The position numbers and the translations under genes were made by a program. A DNA stretch of 64,000 nt from Tepidisphaeraceae bacterium (GTDB taxonomy: Bacteria > Planctomycetota > Phycisphaerae > Tepidisphaerales > Tepidisphaeraceae). This document shows, piece after piece, positions 1 through 9,701 of the stretch; position 1 is the stretch's first letter, and each line of letters opens with the position of its first letter. The notes under the pieces were generated by a model, which was not told where the DNA came from, made no database searches, and worked only from the letters and a program-made list of their open reading frames with translations. The DNA lies in assembly GCA_050012375.1 (NCBI GenBank), contig JBEKHH010000012.1, forward strand, positions 27,881 to 91,880, in the 5' to 3' direction.

Positions 1-1059
1 CACCGGGAATTGGAGTCATATCTTCGAGATTTTGCCGGTCGTCCATCGCCGCTCTATTTTGCCCGTCGTCTCACCGAGCATTTCGGCGGAGCCAAAATCT
101 ATCTCAAGCGAGAGGACCTCAACCATACCGGCGCTCATAAGATCAACAACACTATCGGCCAGGCCCTCCTGACTCTGCGCATGGGAAAGAAGCGGGTTAT
201 CGCTGAGACCGGCGCCGGCCAGCATGGCGTGGCAACCGCCACGGCCGCCGCCGCGTTCAATCTTCACTGCGATGTCTACATGGGCGCGGAAGACATTCGC
301 CGTCAAGGTCTCAACGTCTTCCGCATGCGCTTGATGGGCACGCGGGTTATTGAAGTGACCAGCGGCAGCAAAACGCTCAAGGATGCGACCAACGAAGCCA
401 TGCGCGATTGGATGGGATCCGTCGAAAATACCCACTACATCATCGGCAGTGTCGTGGGACCGCATCCGTTTCCAATGATCGTGCGAGATTTTCAATCGGT
501 CATCGGCCGCGAGGCGCGCCGGCAATGTATGGAGATCGAAGGCCGTCTTCCAGATTTTATCCTGGCGTGCGTCGGCGGCGGCAGCAACGCCGCGGGCATT
601 TTCGCCCCATTCGTCGCCGATGCGTCCGTGCAATTCATCGGCGTGGAAGCCGGCGGCCGCGGGATGGCCCTCGGCCAGCACGCCGCCTCGCTGTGCGCCG
701 GACGGCCAGGCGTTCTCCACGGCTCGTTGTCTTACGTCCTTCAGGATGACGATGGACAGACCGCCGACGTTCACAGCGTATCGGCCGGCCTTGATTATCC
801 CGGCGTCGGACCGGAACACGCGTATTGGAAAGACTCCGGTCGAGTGCAATACGTCAGCATTACGGACCAGCAAGCCCTCGACGCTTTCCAGAAAGTCGCC
901 CAGCTTGAAGGCATTCTTCCCGCACTGGAATCAGCCCACGCTTTCGCCCACCTCGAACAACTCGCTCCGCGCCTTTCAAAGGACAAGATCATCATCCTCA
1001 ACCTCAGCGGTCGCGGCGACAAGGATTGCCAGGAAGTCGCCCGTTTGATCGGCAAGTGA
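1..1059 (+). CDS. trpB: tryptophan synthase beta subunit, 5' end cut by window edge
   Basis: ORF 10..1059 stays open in frame to base 1. Motifs [13 protein letters not shown] (PLP lysine), [10 protein letters not shown] and GGGSNAAG. trpA follows directly. Confidence 0.95.
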   Translation, partial: HRELESYLRDFAGRPSPLYFARRLTEHFGGAKIYLKREDLNHTGAHKINNTIGQALLTLRMGKKRVIAETGAGQHGVATATAAAAFNLHCDVYMGAEDIRRQGLNVFRMRLMGTRVIEVTSGSKTLKDATNEAMRDWMGSVENTHYIIGSVVGPHPFPMIVRDFQSVIGREARRQCMEIEGRLPDFILACVGGGSNAAGIFAPFVADASVQFIGVEAGGRGMALGQHAASLCAGRPGVLHGSLSYVLQDDDGQTADVHSVSAGLDYPGVGPEHAYWKDSGRVQYVSITDQQALDAFQKVAQLEGILPALESAHAFAHLEQLAPRLSKDKIIILNLSGRGDKDCQEVARLIGK

Positions 1060-1142
1060 TCATCACGGCCCGCTTCCGGCGAAGGTCCCTTGCATCAATT
1101 GATCCGCGACGCTTATCATCGCCGACTCGCCGGAAACAACCG

Positions 1143-1952
1143 ATGCCCATTATGCCGCGATCCATTGCTCAATCCTTCGCCGATCTTCGAGGCCAAGGCA
1201 TTGGCTTGGTGCCTTTCCTGCCCGCGGGCTTTCCCGATCTCGGCACCACATCAGCCGCGCTGAGCGCCGTCGATGCCGCCGGCCCCGCGGCAATCGAAAT
1301 CGGTTTCCCGTTTTCCGATCCGATCGCCGATGGGCCGATTATCCAGCAGGCATTCACCGCGGCGCTGGACCGCAAGCTGAAGGTCCGCGACATTTTTGAA
1401 GCCATTCGAGACGTGTCGCCGCGCATCTCGTCCCCGCTGGTGGCAATGCTCAGCTACAGCATCATCTTCCGTTATGGCGCGGAGCGATTTTTCGCCGATG
1501 CCCGTGCGGCTGGTTTTGCGGGCGTCATCATCCCCGATCTCCCGCCTCCCGAAGCGAACAAAACTTGCCGGCAGATCGGCGCGGCCGGCCTGGACGCGAC
1601 CCTGCTCATCGCGCCCACAAGCACTGCCGAGCGCCGCCGTGAAATCATCGCGCTCTGCACCGGCTTCGTTTACTACCTTTCCGTTTCAGGCATCACCGGC
1701 GCGCGCAGCGAACTGCCGCCGGACCTGGCCCAGAACGTCCGCCAACTGAAGGGCCTGACCGACCGGCCCGTCTGCGTCGGCTTTGGCATCTCCAAGCCAC
1801 AGCATCTTGCCGCCTTGACCGGCATCGCCGACGGCGCGGTCGTTGGAAGCGCAATCGTCAAACGTATGATCGATTCCGCATCCGCCGGCCCTTCGGCAAT
1901 CGCCGGAATCATCGGCGACTATTGCCGCGAATTGCTCTCCGCAACCCGCTGA
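1143..1952 (+). CDS. trpA: tryptophan synthase alpha subunit
   Basis: ATG at 1143 (MPIMPRS..) inside ORF 1026..1952. Motifs IEIGFPFSDPIADGPIIQ and VGFGIS. Sits downstream of trpB. Confidence 0.9.
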   Translation: MPIMPRSIAQSFADLRGQGIGLVPFLPAGFPDLGTTSAALSAVDAAGPAAIEIGFPFSDPIADGPIIQQAFTAALDRKLKVRDIFEAIRDVSPRISSPLVAMLSYSIIFRYGAERFFADARAAGFAGVIIPDLPPPEANKTCRQIGAAGLDATLLIAPTSTAERRREIIALCTGFVYYLSVSGITGARSELPPDLAQNVRQLKGLTDRPVCVGFGISKPQHLAALTGIADGAVVGSAIVKRMIDSASAGPSAIAGIIGDYCRELLSATR

Positions 1953-2143
1953 CAAAGCAGCCATACGCCCGCATTCGCCGCCAGCGGCATTTGCGGACGC
2001 TTTGGCCGTTTATCGCGTTTATACCCCATACGGACAGGACGGATACCTTGGCAAAACAAGGGTTTGCGCTCGATCCGCCCGCCGTTTATCAACGAGGTGC
2101 GACCGTGGCAATTCTAAATTTCCCCGCTACTTCTAACCTCCCC

Positions 2144-2791
2144 ATGGACCGGGTGTCATTCCCTATGACACGGCGAGCGACTGAGTTTGACGAGGATCGC
2201 CTGGTCACTCCGCCGACGGACGCAACGCTGGTCCAAAGGACCCTGGCGGGAAATCGCGCGGCGTTCGATGTGTTGATCCGGCGATATCAGCGCCAAGCCG
2301 TCTCCGTCTCGTATCGGCTCCTGGGAAGCTCCCAGGATGCGCTGGAGGTTACCCAGGATGCGTTCCTCCGGGCGTTCGTCAATCTGGGATCGCTGAAGAA
2401 GCCCGAGGCATTCGGCGGCTGGCTTTTGAGAATCGTTTCAAACCTGTCGCTCAATTTCAGGCGCGGGCGAAAGTCACGCAGCCAGCTTCCCCTTGATGAT
2501 CTGCTGGCCTCGTCGGACACAACGTCGGCGAATGGCCATTCCATCGGTAATTTGGCCATCGGTTATGTCGATCCCGCTCATCAACTTCAAAGCGCCGAGA
2601 TGGGCCGACGCCTTCGCAAGGCGCTGCGACAATTGCCCGACAGACAGCGGTCAGCCATCATCCTGTTCGCAATCGAGCAAATGCCTCAGAAGCAGGTCGC
2701 GCGGACGTTGGGTTGCAGCGTCGAAGCCGTTAAATGGCATGTATTCCAGGGACGAAAGAGGCTCAGGGAGGTCCTTAAGGATTACCTGTAG
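2144..2791 (+). CDS. ECF-type sigma-70 family RNA polymerase sigma factor
   Basis: Region 2 (DALEVTQDAFLRAF) and region 4 HTH (QKQVARTLGCSVEAVKWHVFQGRKRL) in ORF 1922..2791. Start is uncertain: ATG 2144 or 2165. Confidence 0.85.
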   Translation: MDRVSFPMTRRATEFDEDRLVTPPTDATLVQRTLAGNRAAFDVLIRRYQRQAVSVSYRLLGSSQDALEVTQDAFLRAFVNLGSLKKPEAFGGWLLRIVSNLSLNFRRGRKSRSQLPLDDLLASSDTTSANGHSIGNLAIGYVDPAHQLQSAEMGRRLRKALRQLPDRQRSAIILFAIEQMPQKQVARTLGCSVEAVKWHVFQGRKRLREVLKDYL

Positions 2792-2801
2792 TTCGGATCC
2801 G

Positions 2802-3041
2802 ATGCTATTCCCGGAACTCGACTTTCTCTTGATGCAATATCTGGATGGCTCGCTGCCGCCGGAGCAGCGAGCCGCAGTGGGGAAAATCCTCGACAGCCAC
2901 CCCGAGGCAAGAGCGCAGTTACGCTCCTATCAGAAACTCGACAATGTATTCCGCTCCGAAGCTCCGATGCCCTCCATCCAATGGGAGGACCTGGCAGAAC
3001 GAATCTCCGCGGCAATCAGGCCCCGGGCCCCTAGTGCGTAA
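2802..3041 (+). CDS. putative short soluble anti-sigma factor
   Basis: 79-aa ORF starting 11 nt after the sigma stop. The N-terminus LMQYLDGSLPPEQRAAV resembles anti-sigma N-terminal helices. It has no HxxxCxxC zinc motif and no TM segment. Confidence 0.45.
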   Translation: MLFPELDFLLMQYLDGSLPPEQRAAVGKILDSHPEARAQLRSYQKLDNVFRSEAPMPSIQWEDLAERISAAIRPRAPSA

Positions 3042-4695
3042 CGGCCCCGAAGCACGCAGGCCCAACCAGCTTCGCGTACTTGGCCAACGCCCCATTGGCA
3101 TAGCGAGGCTTGGGCGGCTTCCATCGCGACTTCCTCTTGACCAAATCCTTCTCGCTCAATTCCACGCGGATTGTTCCCTTTTCCGCGTCCACGGCGATCA
3201 TGTCGCCATCCTGCAGCAGCGCAATCGGTCCGCCGACGAACGCCTCCGGCCCGATATGGCCGACCATCAGCCCGCGCGTCGCCCCGCTGAATCGGCCATC
3301 GGTCATGAGGCACACGTCATATCCCAATCCCTGCCCGACAATCGCCGCGGTTACGCCGAGCATCTCCCGCATTCCCGGCCCGCCCTTGGGGCCTTCGTAG
3401 CGGATGATCACGCTATCCCCCTTATTGATCTGCTGCGCCTGCACGGCCGCCATGCACTGCTCTTCGCTGTCGAAAATGCGAGCCGGCCCTCGATGCTGCA
3501 GCTTCTTCACGCCGGCCGTCTTGATCACGCATCCCTCCGGAGCGAGATTGCCCCGCAGGATATGCAGCCCGCCTGTCTTCTCCAGCGCGCGCGAAACCGG
3601 CACGATCACGTTCTGGTCCGGTTTCAGCTTCACCGCCGCCAGATTCTCCGCCATCGTCCTGCCCGTGCAGGTGAGACAGTCGCCGTGGATCAGCTTTTCA
3701 TCCAGCAGCACCCTCAGGATCGCCGGAATCCCGCCCGCATTGAACACGTCAAACGCGTTGTATCGTCCGAACGGCTTCAGGTCCGCGATGATCGGCGTCC
3801 GCCGGCTGATGTGGTCGATGTCGTCCAGCGTCAGCGTCATGCCGCATTCGTGCGCAATCGCCGGTAGATGCAGAGCGCTGTTGGTCGATCCGCCCGTCGC
3901 AGCCGCGATCGTCACCCCGTTTTCAAATGCCTCCCTGCTCAGGATGTCGCGGGCGCGGATGTTCTTCTCCAGCAAGCGCATCACCTGCTTGCCGGATTCC
4001 ACCGCGAATGCATCGCGCTCCACGTCCATGGCCGGCGGAGAACCGCTGCCGGGCAATGCCATCCCCAGCGCCTCGGCCACGCAGGCCATCGTATTGGCCG
4101 TGAATTGTCCCCCGCAGCTTCCCGCCGATGGACAAGCGCCGCACTCCATCTCGTAAAGATCGGCATCGCTCATCTTCCCCGCCCCGTGCGCGCCCACCGC
4201 CTCGTACACATCCTGAATCGTCACGTCACGGCCCTTGAATTTGCCCGGCAAAATCGTTCCACCATACAGAAACACGCTCGGGACATTCAGCCGCGCCATC
4301 GCCATCAGCGTGCCCGGCAGACTCTTATCGCAACCCGCCAAGCCGACCAGCGCATCGTAGCCGTGCGCGAACATCATCAACTCGATTGAATCGGCGATCA
4401 CTTCGCGCGAGACGAGCGACGCCTTCATCCCCTCGTGACCCATCGCGATCCCGTCGGACACGGCGATCGCCACAAATTCCCGCGGCGTTCCCCCCGCCGA
4501 TTTCACCCCCTCCTTGGCTGCCTTCGCCTGCCGATCCAAGGTCAGATTGCACGGCGTCGCCTCGTTCCATGTGCTGGAGATGCCTACCCACGGCCGGTGA
4601 ATCTCCTCATCCGTCAGGCCCATGGATTTGAAAAACGCGCGCTGCGGAGCGCGCTGGTCCCCTTCCGTCACGATACTGCTGCGAGGCCGATTCAT
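3031..4695 (-). CDS. ilvD: dihydroxy-acid dehydratase
   Basis: 554-aa ORF with GLAGCDKSLPG and TDGRFSGATRG motifs; full-length IlvD/Edd family architecture. Confidence 0.95.
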   Translation of the reverse strand: MNRPRSSIVTEGDQRAPQRAFFKSMGLTDEEIHRPWVGISSTWNEATPCNLTLDRQAKAAKEGVKSAGGTPREFVAIAVSDGIAMGHEGMKASLVSREVIADSIELMMFAHGYDALVGLAGCDKSLPGTLMAMARLNVPSVFLYGGTILPGKFKGRDVTIQDVYEAVGAHGAGKMSDADLYEMECGACPSAGSCGGQFTANTMACVAEALGMALPGSGSPPAMDVERDAFAVESGKQVMRLLEKNIRARDILSREAFENGVTIAAATGGSTNSALHLPAIAHECGMTLTLDDIDHISRRTPIIADLKPFGRYNAFDVFNAGGIPAILRVLLDEKLIHGDCLTCTGRTMAENLAAVKLKPDQNVIVPVSRALEKTGGLHILRGNLAPEGCVIKTAGVKKLQHRGPARIFDSEEQCMAAVQAQQINKGDSVIIRYEGPKGGPGMREMLGVTAAIVGQGLGYDVCLMTDGRFSGATRGLMVGHIGPEAFVGGPIALLQDGDMIAVDAEKGTIRVELSEKDLVKRKSRWKPPKPRYANGALAKYAKLVGPACFGAVTH

Positions 4696-4777
4696 CGAAA
4701 TCTCCCTACGGTTGGATAGTGCTGCAGTTTCACCAAATGGATCGTCAATTGATATTCAATACCGCCGATACCGCTGG

Positions 4778-5050
4778 ATGGCAATCCCGCGGCTTTCTAT
4801 CGTTAATGGAGAGCATGTCGGCGATCTAAACGTCGCCGAGACCCTGATCGGTCAACTTGATGGCCCCGAACTGCACATCGTCGAGGTCACACGTTTGGTA
4901 AATGTCCCATTGGAGAGTAAGTGGGACATCGATCGCCCTCTCCTGATTACCGACCGGCAAAACGTGCCAAAGGTTTCACTATATCGCAAACCACTTGTTC
5001 ACTTGTCGTCGTGGAAAATCCGCTCAAAAACTCACATTTTTGCCCTCTGA
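4778..5050 (+). CDS. hypothetical 90-aa protein in low-GC spacer
   Basis: Part of a 142-codon open frame (4622..5050) in a visibly lower-GC region. Composition is not the Arg/Ala/Pro-rich type of spurious GC-rich ORFs. I see no recognisable family and no clear SD. Confidence 0.2.
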   Translation: MAIPRLSIVNGEHVGDLNVAETLIGQLDGPELHIVEVTRLVNVPLESKWDIDRPLLITDRQNVPKVSLYRKPLVHLSSWKIRSKTHIFAL

Positions 5051-5303
5051 CGACAAGTCCCCAGCCATTCCTTCCCTTCGCGCCTAGGTGCCTCCCTGCC
5101 GGAGCAAGACTAGACTCACCGGATGATTCCTTCGCGCCTGTCTTCGCGCTCTTCGCGGTGAGCCTTCGTTTCGGATTTCCACCACGGCCGCCGCACTTCG
5201 CAAACCGACCAATCTTCCCGAATTTTGCCCGCCTCCATCGCCGTGGTAGAACCTCCCAACCGCTGCGTTCCAGGCCCAAGCGTTTTGAAGGAGGCGTCTG
5301 AAA

Positions 5304-6734
5304 ATGTCCGAATCCAAATATGAAGCGATCATTCAACAGGGCCTGGTTCGCACCGGGAAATCCGGCAAGGTGGTGATCGTCGGAGCGGGGATGGCGGGGC
5401 TGGTCGCCGGATACGAACTCATGCAGGCCGGGCACGATGTGACCCTGCTGGAGGCCCGCGGAAGAGTCGGCGGACGCGTGCATACCATACGCTCGCCGTT
5501 CGAGGAGGGACTTCATGCCGAGGCGGGCGCCATGCGAATCCCATCGGCGCATCGCCTGACGATGGGCTACACGCAGAAGTTCGGCCTCAAGCTCATGCCG
5601 TTCACGATGAACAATCCCAATGCCTGGTATTACGTCGGCGGGCGCAAGCATCGGGTGAGCGAAACGCTGACGGACATCAACTGCCTGGGATTTGATCTCA
5701 CGGCCGAGGAGGCCAAAGAAACGGCCAAGCAGCACTGGCACAATGCGCTCAAGCCCATCATGGCGCAACTATCAGCGCGCGGGGAAGCGGCGTGGCCGGA
5801 CATCATCAAGCAATGCGACCGATATTCGACGCGCGAATTCCTGGTCGAGAACGGCTGGTCGGAGGGAGCGATCGAGATGTTCGGCGTTCTGGAGAACCTC
5901 GAATCGCGGATGAACGCGTCATTCGTCGAGGTCCTGCTGGCCGAACTGGGACACGCATTTACGGACATGTCGCAAATTGTCGGCGGCATGGATCAGTTGC
6001 CACAGGCTTTTTTGCCGGCCATGCGCGGCAAAATCCGGTTTGGGTGCGATCTGAAGGCAATCGACCAGTCGCCGGACAAGGTGACGATCTACTTCAACAC
6101 GGTTGGCGGCAAGCGGCAGATCGAGGCGGATTACGCGATCATCACGATTCCCTTTTCCGTGCTCAGGCACGTCGAGGTCCTCAAGCCATTCTCCCGCGAA
6201 AAGCAGCGGGCCATTCGCGAACTGCACTACGATGCGTCGGCGAAAATTCTCTTCCAGTGTCGTCGTCGCTTCTGGGAGGAAGACGACGGCATCTTCGGCG
6301 GCGGCACCATGACCGATCTGCCCGTGCGCAGCATTTATTACCCGGATCACGGCCGGGAGACCGGTCGCGGAATACTCGTCGCGAGCTATACCTGGGCCGA
6401 GGATGCGCAGCGATGGGGGTCGCTCTCGCATGCGGATCGCGTGGCCCAGGCGCTGGAGGATGTCGCTCAGATTCACCCGCAGGTCAGCGAGGAATTCGAG
6501 GTCGGGACGAGTAAGATGTGGCATGAGGATGAATTCGCGTGCGGGGCGTTTGCGTTGTTTGAGCCGGGCCAGAATTTGCTGCTGCATCGCTCCATCATCT
6601 CGCCTGAAGGACGCATTTTCTTTGCCGGCGAACATGCGTCGCTGGTGCATCGGTGGATCCAGGGTTCGATCGAATCGGGATTGCGATGCGCCGATGACAT
6701 TCACGCCGCAATAGGCAAAGAAGCGGCTTCGTAA
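5304..6734 (+). CDS. FAD-dependent amine oxidase / L-amino-acid oxidase family flavoprotein
   Basis: Dinucleotide fold VVIVGAGMAGLVAGYEL..VTLLEARGRVGGRV, C-terminal FFAGEH motif, and a GGAGG SD 8 nt upstream. Confidence 0.85.
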   Translation: MSESKYEAIIQQGLVRTGKSGKVVIVGAGMAGLVAGYELMQAGHDVTLLEARGRVGGRVHTIRSPFEEGLHAEAGAMRIPSAHRLTMGYTQKFGLKLMPFTMNNPNAWYYVGGRKHRVSETLTDINCLGFDLTAEEAKETAKQHWHNALKPIMAQLSARGEAAWPDIIKQCDRYSTREFLVENGWSEGAIEMFGVLENLESRMNASFVEVLLAELGHAFTDMSQIVGGMDQLPQAFLPAMRGKIRFGCDLKAIDQSPDKVTIYFNTVGGKRQIEADYAIITIPFSVLRHVEVLKPFSREKQRAIRELHYDASAKILFQCRRRFWEEDDGIFGGGTMTDLPVRSIYYPDHGRETGRGILVASYTWAEDAQRWGSLSHADRVAQALEDVAQIHPQVSEEFEVGTSKMWHEDEFACGAFALFEPGQNLLLHRSIISPEGRIFFAGEHASLVHRWIQGSIESGLRCADDIHAAIGKEAAS

Positions 6735-6736
6735 TC

Positions 6737-7294
6737 ATGTTTGAGCCGGAACGACAGGCATTCCGCCAGGTTTTCAAGCTGCCGCGGGCGACGATGCGCG
6801 AGTCGATGATACTCGCGGCGATCTACGCCGCGCAGGCGGTGACGTGCGCGGCGCTGCTGAGTCTGGGGTATCAGCGCGCGAGTGTTCCCGGGCTCGGATG
6901 GGCGGTGATATCGGCGGTCATCGTGCTTCAGCCGGGTATTCAGGCATCCCTGGCGACGTCGATCGCGCGAATATGCGCCAATGTGGTCGGCGCGATCGTC
7001 GCTGTGGCGGTCGAGCGATGGGCTGGAGGCGGTACCTGGCAGCTCCTGGTCGCGATCACGGTGATTGTTTTTATCTGCGAGGCGCTCCGGCTGGACATGG
7101 GGCTGCGCGCGGCGTGTGTGTCGGCCGTCATCGTGATGACCTTTCATGACACCCGGGTCATGATGAGCGGCGTCGATCGATCGATTTCAGTGATGATCGG
7201 TTCAGCGCTGGCGGTTATCGTGCAATTTGCCGGCTCGCGACTTAAACATTGGATCTTTGGCTGGCGCCATGATGCCTCCGCATCGGCCGATTGA
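6737..7294 (+). CDS. small FUSC/ArAE-like integral membrane protein
   Basis: ATG lies 2 nt after the amine-oxidase stop. It has several hydrophobic helices, and the pattern (AVISAVIVLQP..., NVVGAIVAV) resembles aromatic-acid-exporter/FUSC N-domains. Confidence 0.45.
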   Translation: MFEPERQAFRQVFKLPRATMRESMILAAIYAAQAVTCAALLSLGYQRASVPGLGWAVISAVIVLQPGIQASLATSIARICANVVGAIVAVAVERWAGGGTWQLLVAITVIVFICEALRLDMGLRAACVSAVIVMTFHDTRVMMSGVDRSISVMIGSALAVIVQFAGSRLKHWIFGWRHDASASAD

Positions 7295-7336
7295 CGATTT
7301 CTCGATTCCCGCGGCGCTTGCAATACTTACCCCGCC

Positions 7337-7516
7337 ATGATGCACGCCTTGAACGACCTGGAATCCCACATGCATCAGCACGTGCATAAGGAGAACAACG
7401 TGCTGTTTCCAGGTGCGATCCTCATGACGCGCAATCGCTCACCGGGCCATTGGGTCATCCTACCGCCGATGTACGAGGAAGAATTTGGGATCTTTGCCAT
7501 TATGTTGACGGTCTGA
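7337..7516 (+). pseudogene. hemerythrin/RIC-like HHE-domain C-terminal fragment
   Basis: 59-codon ORF MMHALNDLESHMHQHVHKENNVLFP.. matches the H-x3-H...KE-x2-LFP end of hemerythrin-like di-iron domains. The rest of the domain is absent. Confidence 0.35.
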
Positions 7517-7561
7517 CCTGACGGTCGTTTCGCTGGGTGACGGCACGGTTCACGCCGGCCG

Positions 7562-7891
7562 TCAGTTGCTGGCCTGCAGGAACTTGACGATTTCCCGGGC
7601 TTCCACACCCGTCAGGTTGGCGCGCAGGCGCATGTGGTGAACGATGACATCCCACTGGGCGGCGCTGAATTCTTCAGGAGGGCGGCCGTTGTGGCAGCGC
7701 ATGCAGTTCTCCGACCATAACTCGACGCCGGTCTTTTGGGGAGGCGGGCCGAAAAGCGCGAAGCTGGCGGGCTGGGTCGTGACGCCTTGGGCGGAAGGAC
7801 TTTGATCGGACTTGCAGCCGTACAGCACCATGCCGGCCAGGAGGCCGCCAAAGGCGAGAACCACAACAAACTTGGTTTTGATTTTTCGCAT
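7562..7891 (-). CDS. lipoprotein monohaem c-type cytochrome
   Basis: Signal peptide with lipobox LYGC and a single CMRCH haem motif. Last gene of the NrfCD-cytochrome-porin operon. Confidence 0.8.
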   Translation of the reverse strand: MRKIKTKFVVVLAFGGLLAGMVLYGCKSDQSPSAQGVTTQPASFALFGPPPQKTGVELWSENCMRCHNGRPPEEFSAAQWDVIVHHMRLRANLTGVEAREIVKFLQASN

Positions 7892-7903
7892 GGGAACTCC
7901 ACT

Positions 7904-9214
7904 CTAAAGTCCAATACCGACTTGGAGGATAAACGCATTCTGATTTTCGCCGACCTTCTTCTGATCGATTTCGTAGGCGGTTTTGACCACGCAGTAGGAA
8001 GTGACCCAATAGTCGATGCCCAAGGTCAAGCGTGATTCGTGCTCGCCGCCCGGGGTATTGAGCGGGGTGTCCAGACTGTCGAATCGGGAGACGAGTTCGA
8101 CGTTTCGGAGGATTTTGTTGTTGAGTTCCGTGGGGCGGTAGCACAGCGAGAAGTAACCGCCCTGGCTGAAATTGCCGAAAGTGGTCGGACCGAAGCCAAG
8201 GACTCCCGTTGGGTCGTAGGTGGTGGGACTGACGTTGGACCAAATCCATTCTCCGCTAAAGTCGATTTGACCGCTGATTGCCTTGATCAGCGGCTTCCAG
8301 TGAAAATCGGCGGCCTGTAGGGACGCGTAAACGTTAGAGAAGTCATCGGGGTTCGGCTTGGAATACTGAATCGAATAGCCCATTTCCATGTCGGGGAATG
8401 GAAGGAACCCCAGGCGCCCGCCCACGGCCTTGTTGTTATTCAGGTCGGTGTAGTCGTTGAAATTGAGTTGCCCGGCGGCGGCGGGATCATCGGTGATGAG
8501 GTTGGGTCCATTGGCAACGTACAGATCGTATGTCCAGCGGGTCGTTCCCGATGGAATGACTCCCTTGGCGAAGGCGCCCACTTCCGAGATAGGCGCGATC
8601 GCGTCGAAGGCGAGGGGATCATCCGGAAATTTGTTGACCCACGGCGGGTCGAAGTGATTGTGATACTGGCCAAATGGCACGGCGAATAGTCCGGCGCCGA
8701 TTATGAAATAGTCGCAGACTTCGTAGGAGATATCTGCCAGATTGACGTTCAGGGTAGAGGTCTCCGAGTTGATATCCGCGCCGCCGATGCCCAGATCGAA
8801 CGCCGATTCGATCAGGATATGCGAATCCACCGGCTGCCAAAGGATCAGCGGGCTTACATCGGCGAAAAACGTGGAATCGGTCCCGCGCTGGGTCTGAAAT
8901 CCAAAGGCGGCGTCGCCGGCGAGGACGAATGATTCAAGGCCGGGGTGAATTTTATTGACCAGGTCCTGGATGCCCTTCATCTGCTTGTCAGTGTCCTGGG
9001 CGTCCTGATCGGCAGCGGCGGCCTGATCCGCCTGCGCTTTCTTGACGTCGGCCAGTTCCTGTTTCATCTCGGCGTTGTCTTTCTGAAGCTGCTGGAATTC
9101 CTGGCGGCTGACGGACCGCGGTTGGGTGGTGGGCGGCGGATTGTTGGAGTTATCCTGCCCGCGCGCCGGCGAGAGAAGGAACAGGATGAGAATCCCGAAA
9201 ATAACTCTGTGCAT
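7904..9214 (-). CDS. secreted coiled-coil + beta-barrel porin-like outer-membrane protein
   Basis: ATG 9214 (MHRVIFGILILFLLSPARG/QD signal peptide). A Q/K/D/A-rich coiled-coil stretch is followed by about 350 aa of alternating aromatic/Gly beta-strand pattern, as in phosphate-selective-type porins. No CxxCH motif. Confidence 0.55.
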   Translation of the reverse strand: MHRVIFGILILFLLSPARGQDNSNNPPPTTQPRSVSRQEFQQLQKDNAEMKQELADVKKAQADQAAAADQDAQDTDKQMKGIQDLVNKIHPGLESFVLAGDAAFGFQTQRGTDSTFFADVSPLILWQPVDSHILIESAFDLGIGGADINSETSTLNVNLADISYEVCDYFIIGAGLFAVPFGQYHNHFDPPWVNKFPDDPLAFDAIAPISEVGAFAKGVIPSGTTRWTYDLYVANGPNLITDDPAAAGQLNFNDYTDLNNNKAVGGRLGFLPFPDMEMGYSIQYSKPNPDDFSNVYASLQAADFHWKPLIKAISGQIDFSGEWIWSNVSPTTYDPTGVLGFGPTTFGNFSQGGYFSLCYRPTELNNKILRNVELVSRFDSLDTPLNTPGGEHESRLTLGIDYWVTSYCVVKTAYEIDQKKVGENQNAFILQVGIGL

Positions 9215-9228
9215 GGTTGCTCCTTCGA

Positions 9229-9699
9229 CTATTGGCCGTTGGCCGGTTGGGTGGCGGGCTGGGTGCTTGGAGCCGGCGCCAACGTGCGTAAGTAGTTGAT
9301 GACGTTCCACCGATCCTCCTCAGTGGTGAGGCTTTCAAACGTCGGCATCGGTTTTCGCCCGGTGGTGATTTTCCAGTAAAGAGCGCCATCGGTTTGGCCG
9401 GCGACATTTGGATCGGAAAGGTTTTTTGGCCTGGGGTTGAGGTCCTTGGCGGAAGGGCCATCGCCTTTGGCGGCGTCGCCATGACACTTCAGGCATTGTG
9501 CGATATAGACGGCTTTACCGGCGGCGATGGAGTTGCCGTCGGGAGGGATGGGGTTTTTCTTTCGCGCCGCGCGCGCGGGCGCCACCCATGGCGGGCTGCT
9601 GGCATCGTCGGCCATGATGAACAGGGATGAAAAGACCGTCACCAAAAGAACGGTGCCAAATAGAGTGCATACCCATCGGGCCGAAGTTGTCCGCGTCAT
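9229..9699 (-). CDS. membrane-anchored monohaem class I cytochrome c
   Basis: N-terminal hydrophobic anchor, CLKCH haem motif, and a distal Met region (GRKPMPTF). Confidence 0.85.
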   Translation of the reverse strand: MTRTTSARWVCTLFGTVLLVTVFSSLFIMADDASSPPWVAPARAARKKNPIPPDGNSIAAGKAVYIAQCLKCHGDAAKGDGPSAKDLNPRPKNLSDPNVAGQTDGALYWKITTGRKPMPTFESLTTEEDRWNVINYLRTLAPAPSTQPATQPANGQ

Positions 9700-9701
9700 T
9701 C

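Noticed and set aside
2845-3867. 340-aa plus-strand ORF opposite ilvD, and the 285-aa minus ORF (16..873) opposite trpB
   Set aside because: Both are antisense to genes with unambiguous conserved motifs. Their composition is the usual Arg/Pro/Ala antisense type.
4947-5768. 273-aa minus-strand ORF spanning the amine-oxidase start region
   Set aside because: It overlaps the strongly supported FAD-fold N-terminus of the plus-strand gene. It has no family resemblance.
7292-7294. TGA between the membrane-protein gene and the hemerythrin fragment as selenocysteine or programmed read-through
   Set aside because: No SECIS-like hairpin follows the codon, and an in-frame arrangement occurs by chance one time in three. 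The downstream piece is only a partial domain.
7904-9214. Calling the barrel protein a Cyc2-type fused cytochrome-porin
   Set aside because: It has no CxxCH motif. The cytochrome is a separate downstream lipoprotein, so only a functional analogy is proposed, not homology.
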